Shown piece after piece: positions 36,368-47,024 of a stretch of DNA of 54,946 bases. The stretch lies in assembly GCA_964609855.1 (NCBI GenBank), contig CAZSTB010000009.1, positions 1 through 54,946 of the forward strand, read 5' to 3'. Position 1 is the first letter of the stretch. Every line of letters begins with the position of its first letter. Position numbers and translations under genes: made by a program. Below the pieces are notes generated by a model. That model had not been told where the DNA came from and made no database searches. It saw only the letters and a program-made list of their open reading frames with translations. The DNA is from an uncultured Bdellovibrionales bacterium. GTDB lineage: Bacteria; Patescibacteriota; Minisyncoccia; Moranbacterales; GWC2-37-73.

Positions 36368-37374
36368 TATTTGGCTAGCATGATCGTTCGTTTGTAAACA
36401 TCAAGATTATCAAGCGCCGTTCCGATCCCCTTAATTACACAAAAAAGTGGATCATCTGCGACATAGCACGGCACTCCGATTGTCTTAGTGATGAGTTGAT
36501 CAAGATTCCTCAACAATGCCCCGCCGCCGGAAAGAATCATTCCTTTGTCCATAATATCAGCTGCAAGCTCTGGTGGAGTTTCCTGAAAAACTTTCTTGAT
36601 CGCATTGATAACTTCACGAAGTTCATCCTGAAGTGCCTCAGTTACCTCATTGGAAGAAATTTTTATCGTCTTAGGAAGACCACCCATCAGGTCTCTTCCG
36701 CGCACATCCATGTGTTCCTCTTTCACTTGCGCAATCGCACTACCAATTTCTTTTTTAATATCCTCCGCGGTCCTATCCCCAACTGCCAAACCATATTTGC
36801 GTTTGATATAATCCGAAATAGCTTGATCAAACTTATTCCCTCCAACCCTAGCGCTATGCGCGGCCACGATTCCACCCAAGGAAATAACCGCAATCTCCGA
36901 AGTTCCACCTCCGATGTTGATGATCATATTCCCTTGCGCATTATGAATGGGAATTCCTGCACCAATCGCAGCAAGCAACGGCTCTTTGACCACATAGGCA
37001 GATTTTGCTCCAGCTCGCACGGCAGCATCGATTACCGCACGTCTTTCAGTTGAGGTAACTCCAGCTGGTATTGAAATCATGATTTCCGGCTTGAAAATGC
37101 GCACCTTGCCAGTAACCTTATTGATGAAATATTTAAGCATCGCTTCTGTTACGCGATAGTCTGCAATCACACCATCTTTCATGGGTCTTGACGCCACAAT
37201 ATTATCAGGCGTGCGCCCAAGCATTTCCCTGGCCTCATTACCTACCGCCAACACGATATTTTCGGTCGGCGAAACAGCGACGACCGAAGGTTCATTTACA
37301 ACAATCCCTTTCCCAGGAATAAACACCAAAGTGTTTGCAGTACCAAGATCAATTCCAATTTTTCTAATAAACAT
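36367..37374 (-). CDS. mreB: Rod shape-determining protein MreB
   Basis: IGIDLGTANT, RPMKDGVIAD, IGGGTSE, LSGGGALL. Confidence 0.96.
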   Translation of the reverse strand: MFIRKIGIDLGTANTLVFIPGKGIVVNEPSVVAVSPTENIVLAVGNEAREMLGRTPDNIVASRPMKDGVIADYRVTEAMLKYFINKVTGKVRIFKPEIMISIPAGVTSTERRAVIDAAVRAGAKSAYVVKEPLLAAIGAGIPIHNAQGNMIINIGGGTSEIAVISLGGIVAAHSARVGGNKFDQAISDYIKRKYGLAVGDRTAEDIKKEIGSAIAQVKEEHMDVRGRDLMGGLPKTIKISSNEVTEALQDELREVINAIKKVFQETPPELAADIMDKGMILSGGGALLRNLDQLITKTIGVPCYVADDPLFCVIKGIGTALDNLDVYKRTIMLAK

Positions 37375-37506
37375 ATGCGTAAGATTTCAATTATCAACTT
37401 CGATTTGAATTTAATTTTCCATCAGTAATTTTTCTGACATTCGGCTAGATTTTGATTGATTCCCATCCCGCTTTCTTCCTCAATCTTTTTCAGTAATTTG
37501 AGATTT

Positions 37507-37959
37507 TTACATTTCAATATATTTTTTTTCCAAGTAGCTCTTGATCGTTTCCCTTGTTGTCTGTGTAAGTTTTTTGGGAAGAGCGGCCAGCGAAAACCAT
37601 TGCAATTCGTCACATTTATGCGGTTCCATGATTTTTGGCATGCCTTTTTTTACTCTGGCTAGATATGAGACCGCCAACCAATGTTGCTTTTCATTTTTTA
37701 TGATGTGATCAATGTGAGAAACTTCTGCCCAAAGCTCGACTGCAATTCCCAACTCTTCCATAATCTCTCGCTTAACTGCAGCAGTGACTTTTTCGCCAAA
37801 GTCAACTGAGCCGCCAGGCTGAGACCACCAAAGAGCCTGATTTTTTGAGTTTTTACTGCGCTTCATCAGCAAAACCTCACCCTTGTCATTAAATATCAGC
37901 GCACCGCAGCCAACACCTATGCAATCCTTTCCGATCTTAACATCCTTTTCCATAGACAT
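37507..37959 (-). CDS. NUDIX hydrolase
   Basis: GGSVDFGE....AVKREIMEELG Nudix box; MEPHKC. Confidence 0.9.
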   Translation of the reverse strand: MSMEKDVKIGKDCIGVGCGALIFNDKGEVLLMKRSKNSKNQALWWSQPGGSVDFGEKVTAAVKREIMEELGIAVELWAEVSHIDHIIKNEKQHWLAVSYLARVKKGMPKIMEPHKCDELQWFSLAALPKKLTQTTRETIKSYLEKKYIEM

Positions 37960-37974
37960 TATTTCAAAAATTTA

Positions 37975-39237
37975 TTATCTGGAGATTCTTTTTATTTCCG
38001 CACCTAATTTCTGAAGACGTTCTTCAATCTTTTCATAGCCGCGATCAACTTGATAAATTTCTTCTATCGTGGAAGTTCCATTTGCTGCCAACGCTGCAAT
38101 AATTAGCGATGCTCCCGCGCGTAAATCAAAACTTTTAATTGCTGAGCCTTTCAGTTTTACGGGTCCGGTAATTATAACCTGATGAGGGTTTAATACCTTG
38201 GCTTTTGCGCCCATCTTCTCGAGTTCGCTGATATAATTAAAGCGTCCCTCAAACATAGTGTCGAAAATAAGCGTGCAGCCGTTTGCCTGAGAAGCCAATA
38301 CGCCCAGTGGCGCTTGAATATCAGTAGGAATTCCCGGATAAGGACGCGGATCAAGCTTTTCAACTGCGATCAAATTTTCGCAAGGAACAACTGAAATAGC
38401 ATTTTCTTCAATTTTAAAATCTACCCCAAACTCCTTGAGTTTTTCCAGAACCAAATCCAAATGCTCACGCCTAGCATTTTCAACCTTAATCGGACTTTTA
38501 GTTACCACTCCCATAATCAAAAAAGTAGCAGCTTCATTGGCGTCCGGCATGATTTGATGATTCGCACCGGTGAGATTCCTGTTTCCAATAATTTCCAAAG
38601 TATGCGTACCTAGTCCGGTAATTTTTGCGCCCATAGCAATCAGGAATTTTCCTAAATCTTCGACATGCGGTTCAGCAGCTGCAATTTTAATAATCGTTTT
38701 TTCAGGAATTGCTGCGGCCAGCATCATCGCATTTTCAGTTGCAGTCACTGAAAATTCTCTCAACACAATTTCAGCCGCCTTTCTGTTTTGCGCATCTACG
38801 CAATAACAATCTTCATTACTGGTAATTTTCACTCCCATTTTTTCCAGCGCGTCAAAATGCGTTCCTACTGGACGCTTACCGATAACGCATCCGCCAGGAT
38901 GTGCAATTTCAAATTTTTCACTGCGCGCACTCAGAGGTCCAAGAAATAAAATAGAAGACCTTAACCTCTTAACTTTCTGCAGATCAATTTTCTTGGTGTC
39001 TAAATTCTGGGCGCAAATTTTCACAGTCCTTTCGCTAAGCCACTCCACTGAGACATCCATACTTTCTAAAATTTCCAACATACGATACACATCTTCAATA
39101 AGTGGGATATTGGAGATAATGCATTCCCCCTTTGTTAAAACCGTAGCAGCCAAGATGGGTGTTGTGGCATTCTTACTCCCACGAACCTCAATGGTGCCAG
39201 AAAGCTTTTTTCCTCCTTGTATTTCAAAAAAATCCAT
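37975..39237 (-). CDS. murA: UDP-N-acetylglucosamine 1-carboxyvinyltransferase
   Basis: GSKNA, PGGCVIGKRP (catalytic Cys kept), SVTATEN, DLRAGA. Confidence 0.97.
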   Translation of the reverse strand: MDFFEIQGGKKLSGTIEVRGSKNATTPILAATVLTKGECIISNIPLIEDVYRMLEILESMDVSVEWLSERTVKICAQNLDTKKIDLQKVKRLRSSILFLGPLSARSEKFEIAHPGGCVIGKRPVGTHFDALEKMGVKITSNEDCYCVDAQNRKAAEIVLREFSVTATENAMMLAAAIPEKTIIKIAAAEPHVEDLGKFLIAMGAKITGLGTHTLEIIGNRNLTGANHQIMPDANEAATFLIMGVVTKSPIKVENARREHLDLVLEKLKEFGVDFKIEENAISVVPCENLIAVEKLDPRPYPGIPTDIQAPLGVLASQANGCTLIFDTMFEGRFNYISELEKMGAKAKVLNPHQVIITGPVKLKGSAIKSFDLRAGASLIIAALAANGTSTIEEIYQVDRGYEKIEERLQKLGAEIKRISR

Positions 39238-39366
39238 ATATTTTTTAAGTTAAAGTTTGAGAATATAATACAGGCCAATAGGGATAGTATATGTTAATAT
39301 GGCTTTTTTTTCAATAGATAAAGAAAAAACCGGCTAAGCCGGTTTGAAGAATTTAGTATTAAGGAT

Positions 39367-40143
39367 TTAGGTTTTTTTTCTTGCTCCATGTAAAATGAAA
39401 AATCGAGCGTGTTTCTTATGAAGTAGCGCGATCAGATCGCCTGCAAACATTAAAACCACCAAACCAGCCACTAAAAGCCATATTTTAACGGTCAGCGGAT
39501 TATCACTGATGAAACTCTCAACTTTCTCTTTATTTAAAATTGACCCAGTAATTGAAGCGTTATCCGCTGACGGCAAATTCGATTCACTTTCCAAAGAAGA
39601 TTCCTGCGCTGCGACTTCTGCACTTAAAACATCAGACATTTGCCTGCCAAACTCCTGAACCGTCACGGTCGTCTGCCGACCTTCAATAAAACCACGCTTC
39701 ACTGCCACGCCTGTTTCGGTATAATTTTTATTCAGGATGTTCTTTCGATGCAGCGCACTATCCATCCAGGCTTTTTGCTGCCTAGCTGCATCGGTAAAGT
39801 TAATTGCCAAATTCTCACCAGCAAAGCGATAATTATAACCCTCAGCCTCAATGAAAATCCAAGGAGTTTTCCCTTGCGGAGAGATATGGGCAAAATAATT
39901 GTTATCAATCATGTCTTGCGCTTTCTTTTCCGCTGCAAGCTGCAAAGACGCATTATTCTCAACTGCTTTAATATTTGCCGCCATTCTAGCTTCATTCACC
40001 AATTCAATCACTTTTTCTGGGCTGATTTCACTTGCTTTGGCGCCGCCAACAGAGACAAGCACCATCAAAGCCAGCATCATGAAAATCTCGCCCAGTAAGC
40101 CAGTTTTTTTAAGAATATTGATTTTTTGCTTTATTTTAACCAT
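39367..40143 (-). CDS. CAP (SCP) domain membrane protein
   Basis: VNEAR, KAQDM..NNYFAH, AGENLA, WMDSALHRKNIL; TM at both ends. Confidence 0.9.
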   Translation of the reverse strand: MVKIKQKINILKKTGLLGEIFMMLALMVLVSVGGAKASEISPEKVIELVNEARMAANIKAVENNASLQLAAEKKAQDMIDNNYFAHISPQGKTPWIFIEAEGYNYRFAGENLAINFTDAARQQKAWMDSALHRKNILNKNYTETGVAVKRGFIEGRQTTVTVQEFGRQMSDVLSAEVAAQESSLESESNLPSADNASITGSILNKEKVESFISDNPLTVKIWLLVAGLVVLMFAGDLIALLHKKHARFFILHGARKKT

Positions 40144-40290
40144 AAGAAAAGAAAAAAGGGCGTTTAAGCCATAAAGTCTTTTATGGCAAACACCCTTTCT
40201 TAACCTTTTTCCATTATAGCACAGTTTTCCGTAAAAAGCAAGTGATTATAAAAATAATTTCGGCATTTTCCTTAAGCAGAAGTCAAACTA

Positions 40291-41688
40291 CTACTTCAAT
40301 TTCTTCACAGCTTCTCGGAACTTATCACCTCGATCGAATTCATTCGCAAAAAGTCCGAAACTTGCAGCTCCCGGTGAAAGCAAAACTACATCGCCTTTGC
40401 TTGCGTTGGCTGCGGCCAGCTTTATAGCAGTTTCCATAGAATCAACAGTTTCAATTGTTCCCAAGGCTTCAAGCTCCATATTTTTTTTCAATGCAGCAAA
40501 GAGCTTGTCGGTCGCATTGCCTTTAAGTAAAATAATGTGTTTGGCTTTTTCAGAAATCTCCTTGGCAAACTTCTCAAATTCCAGATTCTTGTCAGTTCCC
40601 CCAGCAATCAAAACAATCGGTTTTTCGAAAGATCCAAGAGCAGAAATTGCCGCATCCGGAATAGTTGCAGCCGTGTCATTGTAATATTGCACACCTTTAA
40701 CTTCGCGTACAAATTCCAAGCGATGGGCAGCTCCCTTGATTTCCGGTAACGCTTTTTTAATTTCTTGCGCGCTCAATCCCCAAGCATATGCGGCTCCTAT
40801 TGCCGCCATAACATTTGAGAGATTATGCTTACCAGGAATTTTTATATCCTTAATAGCAATAAGCTTCTTAACATCGATACCGTTGTTGAGATAAATAAAT
40901 CCGTCGTCAATAAATACAGCGCGGCTGCGCTCAAGAGGCTGGTACGAAAAACGAATGGTCTGGGCTCGCGCCGGACGCGTCGCTTCCATCAAAACTTCGT
41001 CGTCATTATTTTTAATAAGCCAATCTTTGGGTTTTTGATTCTCAAAAATATATTTCTTATCCTGCAGATATTTTTCCATGCTGCCGTAATAATTCAAATG
41101 GTCAGGCATGATATTTTTAAAAACCGCAATATGCGGACTAAGTTTGGCTCGACCAAGTGCACTTAAACGCCAAGAGGAAAGTTCAAAAACGGGAATAGAA
41201 TCTTTTTTGAGTACCAATAATTTATCCAGCACGGGAACCTGACCGATTCCGATTTTGATCGGATTTTTTCCAGCCGCTTTCAAGAGCTGATAAATCAAAG
41301 TTGCCGTGGTTGTCTTACCTTTCGTTCCAGTTATACCAATTATCGGGTTTTTGCAAAGCTTAAAGAAAAGGCTCGAATCCATCTCAACCGGCACATTATT
41401 CTCCAAAGCAATTTTCACTTGCTTATCACTCCAGGGAATGGCGGGATTCTTGATTACCATATCAACTTTTGAAAAATCCTCCCTGCGATGTTGCCCGAGA
41501 ACAAATTGGATATTCTTAAGTCCTTTGAGCTTTTCCAATGAAGAAGCTAGCTTTTCTTTGGAATTAAGATCTGTAACAATAACTTTTGCACCATGAGCGA
41601 CCAAGAATTTCACGGTTCCGATTCCGCCACCATGTAAACCCAAGCCAAATACGGTGATTTTCTTATCCTTAAAGAAAGAGATGTCCAT
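40291..41688 (-). CDS. murD: UDP-MurNAc-L-Ala--D-Glu ligase
   Basis: GITGTKGKTTT, ELSSW, DHLNYY, HRLE, YNDTAAT, LLSPGAASF; start likely ATG 41688 (track gives 41712). Confidence 0.95.
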   Translation of the reverse strand: MDISFFKDKKITVFGLGLHGGGIGTVKFLVAHGAKVIVTDLNSKEKLASSLEKLKGLKNIQFVLGQHRREDFSKVDMVIKNPAIPWSDKQVKIALENNVPVEMDSSLFFKLCKNPIIGITGTKGKTTTATLIYQLLKAAGKNPIKIGIGQVPVLDKLLVLKKDSIPVFELSSWRLSALGRAKLSPHIAVFKNIMPDHLNYYGSMEKYLQDKKYIFENQKPKDWLIKNNDDEVLMEATRPARAQTIRFSYQPLERSRAVFIDDGFIYLNNGIDVKKLIAIKDIKIPGKHNLSNVMAAIGAAYAWGLSAQEIKKALPEIKGAAHRLEFVREVKGVQYYNDTAATIPDAAISALGSFEKPIVLIAGGTDKNLEFEKFAKEISEKAKHIILLKGNATDKLFAALKKNMELEALGTIETVDSMETAIKLAAANASKGDVVLLSPGAASFGLFANEFDRGDKFREAVKKLK

Positions 41689-41825
41689 AGTATAGTAATC
41701 CCCCATTAGCAATCAACTGCCTACTCAAAAGAGCGCAGATTTTGGATAACCGATGAAGTCTATTTATTAAAAATTCAATATAGCACCGGAAAAGATAAAT
41801 TACAACCCCAGGAGATAGGAAAAGC

Positions 41826-43418
41826 TTAAAATTCAAAAAGTGAAGATTTGCGACGAAGAACTTCTCCGCTGCGGTTTTCCGTAATTAAACAGTTGTTGAC
41901 TGCTAGTTTACCATTGACGATGACATGCTCAATGCCTTTTGAATATTGATAAGGATTTTCAGCGGTTGCCAAATCTTGAATATTTTTAGGATCAAAAACT
42001 ATCACGTCGGCATAATTTCCTAATTTCAAAATCCCACGTTTTTCAATTTTGAATTTTTCAGCTGGAAGGCCGCTCATTTTGCGTACCGCTTCTTCCCAAC
42101 TGACAACACTCCTACCCCTGACATAATTAGCCAAGACGCGAGGAAAGGATCCGAAATTTCGTGGATGCACAACTTCACCAGATTTTACATGTCCCAAATC
42201 ATACCCTGAACCATTAGTGGAAATTATAGAAAAAGGATTAATTACCCCCTTATCAACATTTTTTTCACTAAGCACTTCCATCATTGTCACCACTTGCCCA
42301 TTGCTGGCAATCAGTACATCAATGATTGTATCCTCAATACTTTTCCCTTGGAGTGCTGCAATTTCAGTTATGCGTTTCCTGTTTAAGGATTTATCGAGAG
42401 CAGAAATTGAAATCGTAATTTTGGAGTAATCAGTCTCATTAGCTTTCATATCTTTAATGACACGTTTTCGCGTGTCATCATCCTTGAGCCTGGCGAGCAT
42501 CATATCCCTTCCTCCCTCAGTAACCCAATCTGGCAGTAAAATATATAACACACTTCCGGTTGAAGTATATGGATAGACATCAAAATGCACATCTATACCG
42601 CTTGTTCTAGCTGTTTCGATCAAATTTAAAGCTTCATCCATAAGCTTCCAATTTTCTTTGCCCATGGCTTTGAGATGAGAAATTTGAAGTCTTACCCCGG
42701 TTGTCTGAGCAATGCGAATAGCTTCCTCTACTGCGCGGATAAGCTCGTGCGATTCGCCGCGAATATGTGTGGTGTAAACTCCGTCGTATTTTTTTACGAC
42801 TTCCGCTAATTCAGCAATTTCTCGCGAGGACGCTAATTTCGCATGCGTATATACCAAACCAGTTGAGAAGCCCAATGCTCCCTCTTTCATTGCATTTGTA
42901 AGCATCTTTTTCATTATTTTCATTTCCGCAGGACTAATATCCCTGACTTCATCGCCAACCAGACCGCGACGCAAAGTTCCATGACCAACAAGACTGGCAA
43001 AATTCATCGAGAGTTTCTTTTTCTCAACTTCAGTTAAAAATTCTTTCATGCTCAACCAATTGAAACTGACCTTTTTCATATCCACCCATTTTTGAATGGA
43101 TTTTATAACATCGTGCGAAGTCAGTGGTGCCAACGAAGATCCGCAATTTCCGCCAATAATCGTGGTCACGCCCTGATAGAGCAGACTTTCAAGCTTTGGA
43201 TCAAGAAAAATTCTCCAGTAAGTATCCGAATGATTGTTCACATCAATAAAGCCTGGGGAAACATATTTACCCGTCGCATCAATTTCGTGTTCGCAATGCT
43301 CATTGTGAAGGTCGCCGATTTCTACAATTTTGCTTTCGCGGATTCCCAAATCGCCGCGAAACATCGGTGTCCCGGTTCCATCGATGACTGTTCCGTTTTT
43401 AATAATGATGTCGAGCAT
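41826..43418 (-). CDS. N-acyl-D-amino-acid deacylase (D-aminoacylase)-like amidohydrolase
   Basis: NGTVIDGTG, PGFID, GNCG, THIRGE, SHLK, HPRNFGSFPR, GNYADVIVFDP. Confidence 0.85.
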   Translation of the reverse strand: MLDIIIKNGTVIDGTGTPMFRGDLGIRESKIVEIGDLHNEHCEHEIDATGKYVSPGFIDVNNHSDTYWRIFLDPKLESLLYQGVTTIIGGNCGSSLAPLTSHDVIKSIQKWVDMKKVSFNWLSMKEFLTEVEKKKLSMNFASLVGHGTLRRGLVGDEVRDISPAEMKIMKKMLTNAMKEGALGFSTGLVYTHAKLASSREIAELAEVVKKYDGVYTTHIRGESHELIRAVEEAIRIAQTTGVRLQISHLKAMGKENWKLMDEALNLIETARTSGIDVHFDVYPYTSTGSVLYILLPDWVTEGGRDMMLARLKDDDTRKRVIKDMKANETDYSKITISISALDKSLNRKRITEIAALQGKSIEDTIIDVLIASNGQVVTMMEVLSEKNVDKGVINPFSIISTNGSGYDLGHVKSGEVVHPRNFGSFPRVLANYVRGRSVVSWEEAVRKMSGLPAEKFKIEKRGILKLGNYADVIVFDPKNIQDLATAENPYQYSKGIEHVIVNGKLAVNNCLITENRSGEVLRRKSSLFEF

Positions 43419-43485
43419 ATTTTTGTTTTTAAAAGTTTGTTTTTCTACTTGAATTATACAATTTTTTCAGACAACTGGCAATCAT

Positions 43486-43635
43486 AAATTTTCAAAATTT
43501 TGAATTTATAATTTCGAATTTTGAATAAAATCATAATGATTTAATGTTTTAAAAATTTTTGCTTCAAACTTATCCTCTAGGAAAGACATTGAGCTCATTC
43601 ATTTAAAATTGAAAACTTTAAATTTAAAATTAAAA
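43486..43635. repeat. 7-nt-period AATTTT(G/C)A-type tracts in inverted arrangement
   Basis: aattttg aatttat aatttcg aattttg aat ... attcattt aaaattg aaaactt taaattt aaaatt. Confidence 0.65.
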
Positions 43636-43708
43636 AGCCTGCAAATAAATCACAAGCCTTTGAACAATATCAGTAAGAATATGCACTAAATATTTTAAAT
43701 TATTTTCG

Positions 43709-44398
43709 CTATATCCAACCTTTCACTTCTAGTCCTTTACGCGCTGCTTCACGCTGCGCCTCTTGCTTGGAATTTCCATCACCTTCCGCCACAAGTTCAT
43801 CGCCAAGAAACACGCCCACAATAAAATGTTTGTCATGATCGGGACCCCATTCTTTCGTAACTCGATATGATGGAGTTACTTTACTGTTTTCTTGAGCTTT
43901 TTCCTGAAAATAACTCTTTGGGTCTAGATATAATTTCTTTTCCAAAATTTCTTGCAGTTTAATTGCAACATTTGTTAAAACAAATTTCTTTGTTACCTCA
44001 TAACCCTGATCAAGATAAGTTGCTCCAATAATTGCTTCAAGGGCATTCGCCAAAAGATATTGACGCGCACGTCCAGTATCCTTAGCTTCCCCGCGGCTCA
44101 TCAGGAGATATTTTTCCACACCGATTTCCTGGGCAACATGTGCCAGCATTTCCCCATTCACCAGGGCGCTTCTCCAGCTCGTAAGTTCTCCTTCCGGATT
44201 TTTGTAGTTATTGTAAAGATATTCCGTAATTATAAGCTCCAAAACTGCATCACCTAGAAATTCCAGACGCTCATTGTGATCAAGGGCATAGTCACGGTTC
44301 TCATTTAAATAGCTGCGGTGCGTTACGGCTTGGCGCAACAATTCAACATTCTTAAAGTTGACGCCGATCTTTTTCGCTAAAGAGTTTACCATTTGCAT
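43709..44398 (-). CDS. rnc: Ribonuclease III
   Basis: THRSY, NERLEFLGDAVL, C-terminal dsRBD (DPKS..QE, GPDHDK, SKQEAQ). Confidence 0.98.
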   Translation of the reverse strand: MQMVNSLAKKIGVNFKNVELLRQAVTHRSYLNENRDYALDHNERLEFLGDAVLELIITEYLYNNYKNPEGELTSWRSALVNGEMLAHVAQEIGVEKYLLMSRGEAKDTGRARQYLLANALEAIIGATYLDQGYEVTKKFVLTNVAIKLQEILEKKLYLDPKSYFQEKAQENSKVTPSYRVTKEWGPDHDKHFIVGVFLGDELVAEGDGNSKQEAQREAARKGLEVKGWI

Positions 44399-44400
44399 AA

Positions 44401-44512
44401 AAATCTAAAAACCAAAATCCAAATGACAAATAAAATCAAAAGTTCAAAATCAAAAATTTAGATTTTGATATTTAGTCATTTATTTGACATTAGGATTTTG
44501 AAATTGAGATTT
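44401..44512. repeat. ~110-bp imperfect palindrome of 7-nt-period units filling the nusB-rnc spacer
   Basis: AAATCT/AGATTT, CAAAATCC/GGATTTTG, CAAATAAA/TTTATTTG and TCAAAATC/GATTTTGA nested pairs. Confidence 0.75.
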
Positions 44513-44520
44513 AGATGAAT

Positions 44521-45030
44521 TTAATTATTTTCCACTATTTCCTTTTCCTCACTATTTTCAATACTTTCCTCGGAAATTTTATGCTTCTTGCTCGTGTCAT
44601 CTTTCATGGGCTCTCCCATCTCGCGATATATCGTTCCCAAAACACCATTAACGAAACGCGCACTGCTTTCGCCGCCAAAAGTTTTAGCCAATTCAATTGA
44701 TTCATTAATTGCAACCTTAGGCGGAACCTCTGCATAATTTCCATGCATTAGCTCATAAATGCCCAAGCGCAAAATATTGCGATCAATAATAGTCACTTGT
44801 TCAAGTGGCCATTCTGGAGCGCATTTCTCAATCAAAGAATCTATAATTTGACGCTTCTCAAGCGTACCTTTGACAAGTTCTTCCACGAAACCAAACTCTT
44901 CAATACCTGGCGCAAATTCCTTTACGTTTCGATTTACGATTTCAGAAATATTCTCGTCTTGGCAACCCTGAAAGTCCCACTCAAAAAGAGCTTGCATAGC
45001 GACACTGCGCTGAAGATGTCTATTGGCCAT
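44521..45030 (-). CDS. nusB: Transcription antitermination factor NusB
   Basis: [37 protein letters not shown]. Confidence 0.97.
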   Translation of the reverse strand: MANRHLQRSVAMQALFEWDFQGCQDENISEIVNRNVKEFAPGIEEFGFVEELVKGTLEKRQIIDSLIEKCAPEWPLEQVTIIDRNILRLGIYELMHGNYAEVPPKVAINESIELAKTFGGESSARFVNGVLGTIYREMGEPMKDDTSKKHKISEESIENSEEKEIVENN

Positions 45031-45125
45031 GTTTATTTTTTATGCCACTTAGACTATTTAAAGACTGGGATTAATTTCCAATTCTCAAAACAGCTTAGAA
45101 ATGACAACAAGTTTTTAAAAATCGA

Positions 45126-45320
45126 TTATTTTTTTGCAACTTTCTTCATTGTATTAACGACTTCATTTCCTTTGTAGAATCCACAATGAGGACAAACACG
45201 ATGTGAAAGTTTTTCCTTGCCACATTTTGGACAAGTTTGAGTTTTTACGGTTTCAATTGCAAAACGATCACGTTTAGCATCTCGTCGTTGTTTAGTGTGT
45301 CGTTGCTTTGGTACTGACAT
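45126..45320 (-). CDS. rpmF: 50S ribosomal protein L32
   Basis: MSVPKQR, CPKCG..HRVCPHCGFYKG. Confidence 0.97.
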   Translation of the reverse strand: MSVPKQRHTKQRRDAKRDRFAIETVKTQTCPKCGKEKLSHRVCPHCGFYKGNEVVNTMKKVAKK

Positions 45321-45396
45321 AGCATTACATAAAAATAAAGCGCCTTTCTCTAACCATATCTTGAAAACTAAAACTAGTTATTCCGATAATTTTAGG

Positions 45397-45461
45397 GTTT
45401 CAATTTCCAATTTTTAATTTTCAATTTTCAATCAATGACCGAATTTCTAAATTTCAAATGA
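45397..45461. repeat. 7-nt-period AATTTTC-type tract
   Basis: aatttcc aattttt aattttc aattttc aatcaat ... aatttct aaatttc aaat. Confidence 0.6.
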
Positions 45462-45540
45462 AAATGCCGCTCTATTTCGAACTTTTTAAATGTTAAAATA
45501 TCAAAGCCATATTACCATGACAATCAGGATTTGGCAAGAG

Positions 45541-46227
45541 TTAGACTCTTTTTAACGCTTTTTTGACAGGCGCGAAGCTTTTACGGTGAATTTCACATGG
45601 TCCGTATTGAATAAGCGCTTCCATATGCATTTTTGTTCCATAGCCTTTATGCTTATCTAAGCCATAATTTGGAAATTTGGCATGCATATCCATCATCAAC
45701 CTGTCCCGAGTGACTTTTGCAGCAATAGAAGCCGCGGAAATTGACTTCACAAGCTTATCACCGCCAATTACCGCATATTGCTCCATGGATAAATTCGGGA
45801 TTTCCTTATTTCCATCGACAAGAATTATAGTTTTCAGTTCTCCATCTATTATTTTAAAGGATTTTTCTTTTTCCATGTTCCGCTTGAGCTCCTGAATCGC
45901 CTTTTTCATAGACAGAAAACTTGCTTCCAAGATATTGATGCGATCGATAGTTTCATGGTCACACAGTCCATAGCCCAGATAAAAATGCTCCCCGATAAAA
46001 TCAAAGATCTCCTCGCGCTGCTTTTCAGAAAGCTTTTTTGAATCCCTTATTAGGTCAAATTTTTTTTGCAGGTCATCTGGAATTTCAAAATCCGGATTCT
46101 TAAACATTGCCGCACACGCCAAAACAGGACCACAAAGAGGACCCCGCCCGACTTCATCAGTTCCAATAATATGCGTGTATCCTTGAGAGAAAAAATCCTT
46201 CTCCAGAATAAAGTTTGAAATCTCCAT
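45541..46227 (-). CDS. rnhB: Ribonuclease HII
   Basis: GTDEVGRG, DSKKLS, VDGN, SAASIAAKVTRD, HKGYGT, HRKSF. Confidence 0.97.
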   Translation of the reverse strand: MEISNFILEKDFFSQGYTHIIGTDEVGRGPLCGPVLACAAMFKNPDFEIPDDLQKKFDLIRDSKKLSEKQREEIFDFIGEHFYLGYGLCDHETIDRINILEASFLSMKKAIQELKRNMEKEKSFKIIDGELKTIILVDGNKEIPNLSMEQYAVIGGDKLVKSISAASIAAKVTRDRLMMDMHAKFPNYGLDKHKGYGTKMHMEALIQYGPCEIHRKSFAPVKKALKRV

Positions 46228-46364
46228 TTCTTCAGTATAGCGTATATTATATGATGTATCTAGTTTTCGATTTTCTATTTAATAACTTGTCGACTAACAC
46301 GCTTTGAAAAAAGGGATCTTGAGTGTATAATAATGAATATTGAATGAGTTTATAATTTATCCAA

Positions 46365-46862
46365 ATGAATGAGATAATAATTACCTTGTGGGAGAGGATT
46401 TGGCCGCTTATTTCAGTTTCTTGGATATGGATTTTTTCCCAGTGGCACAAGACACTTCCTTATCTGGAAAAGCTTTTCGAATTTTTTAAGAATACTTATA
46501 GCACTTTAAGTAATTTTATATTTAATTTTCTTACTTATTTAAAGCAACAATACATCCTCCTGAAGCCGATTGCCTTAACTTTCGCCGAAAAAGAGCCTAT
46601 TTGGGCAGGAATTATTCTCCTAACCATCATTCTTTCCGCAATATTCTGGATAAGCATGCTGAAGCATGCAAAAAAAAATGAATTGGTTTGGCGCAAATTC
46701 TGGCTTTTCATTATTTTCATTCTTGGACCACTTGGAGCTCTTCTCTACTACTTTTTACGAAAAAAATATTTAGAAAGAAAAGAGAATGCTCACAGCAAAG
46801 TCATGCTCAGCTTTTTTACGCCCATGAATAAACAGCCAGGAGAAATTTCCAAAAAAAATTAG
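46365..46862 (+). CDS. Small membrane protein with PLDc_N-like C-terminal region
   Basis: FWISMLKHA...KFWLFIIFILGPLGALLYYF; promoter-like TATAAT at 46325. Confidence 0.7.
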   Translation: MNEIIITLWERIWPLISVSWIWIFSQWHKTLPYLEKLFEFFKNTYSTLSNFIFNFLTYLKQQYILLKPIALTFAEKEPIWAGIILLTIILSAIFWISMLKHAKKNELVWRKFWLFIIFILGPLGALLYYFLRKKYLERKENAHSKVMLSFFTPMNKQPGEISKKN

Positions 46863-47024
46863 CACAATTTTCTCAGCTGTGCTAAAATACCTGTATTAAA
46901 AAATATATCTTGCAAAACCCAATGGCAAGTCCCTGGGGGATGAAGATAAAAAAAACCATGAGAAAGATTGCTTTTCATAATATCAATACGTGCATTTTGT
47001 AGCCCACTATTTCATAGTGAGGTT

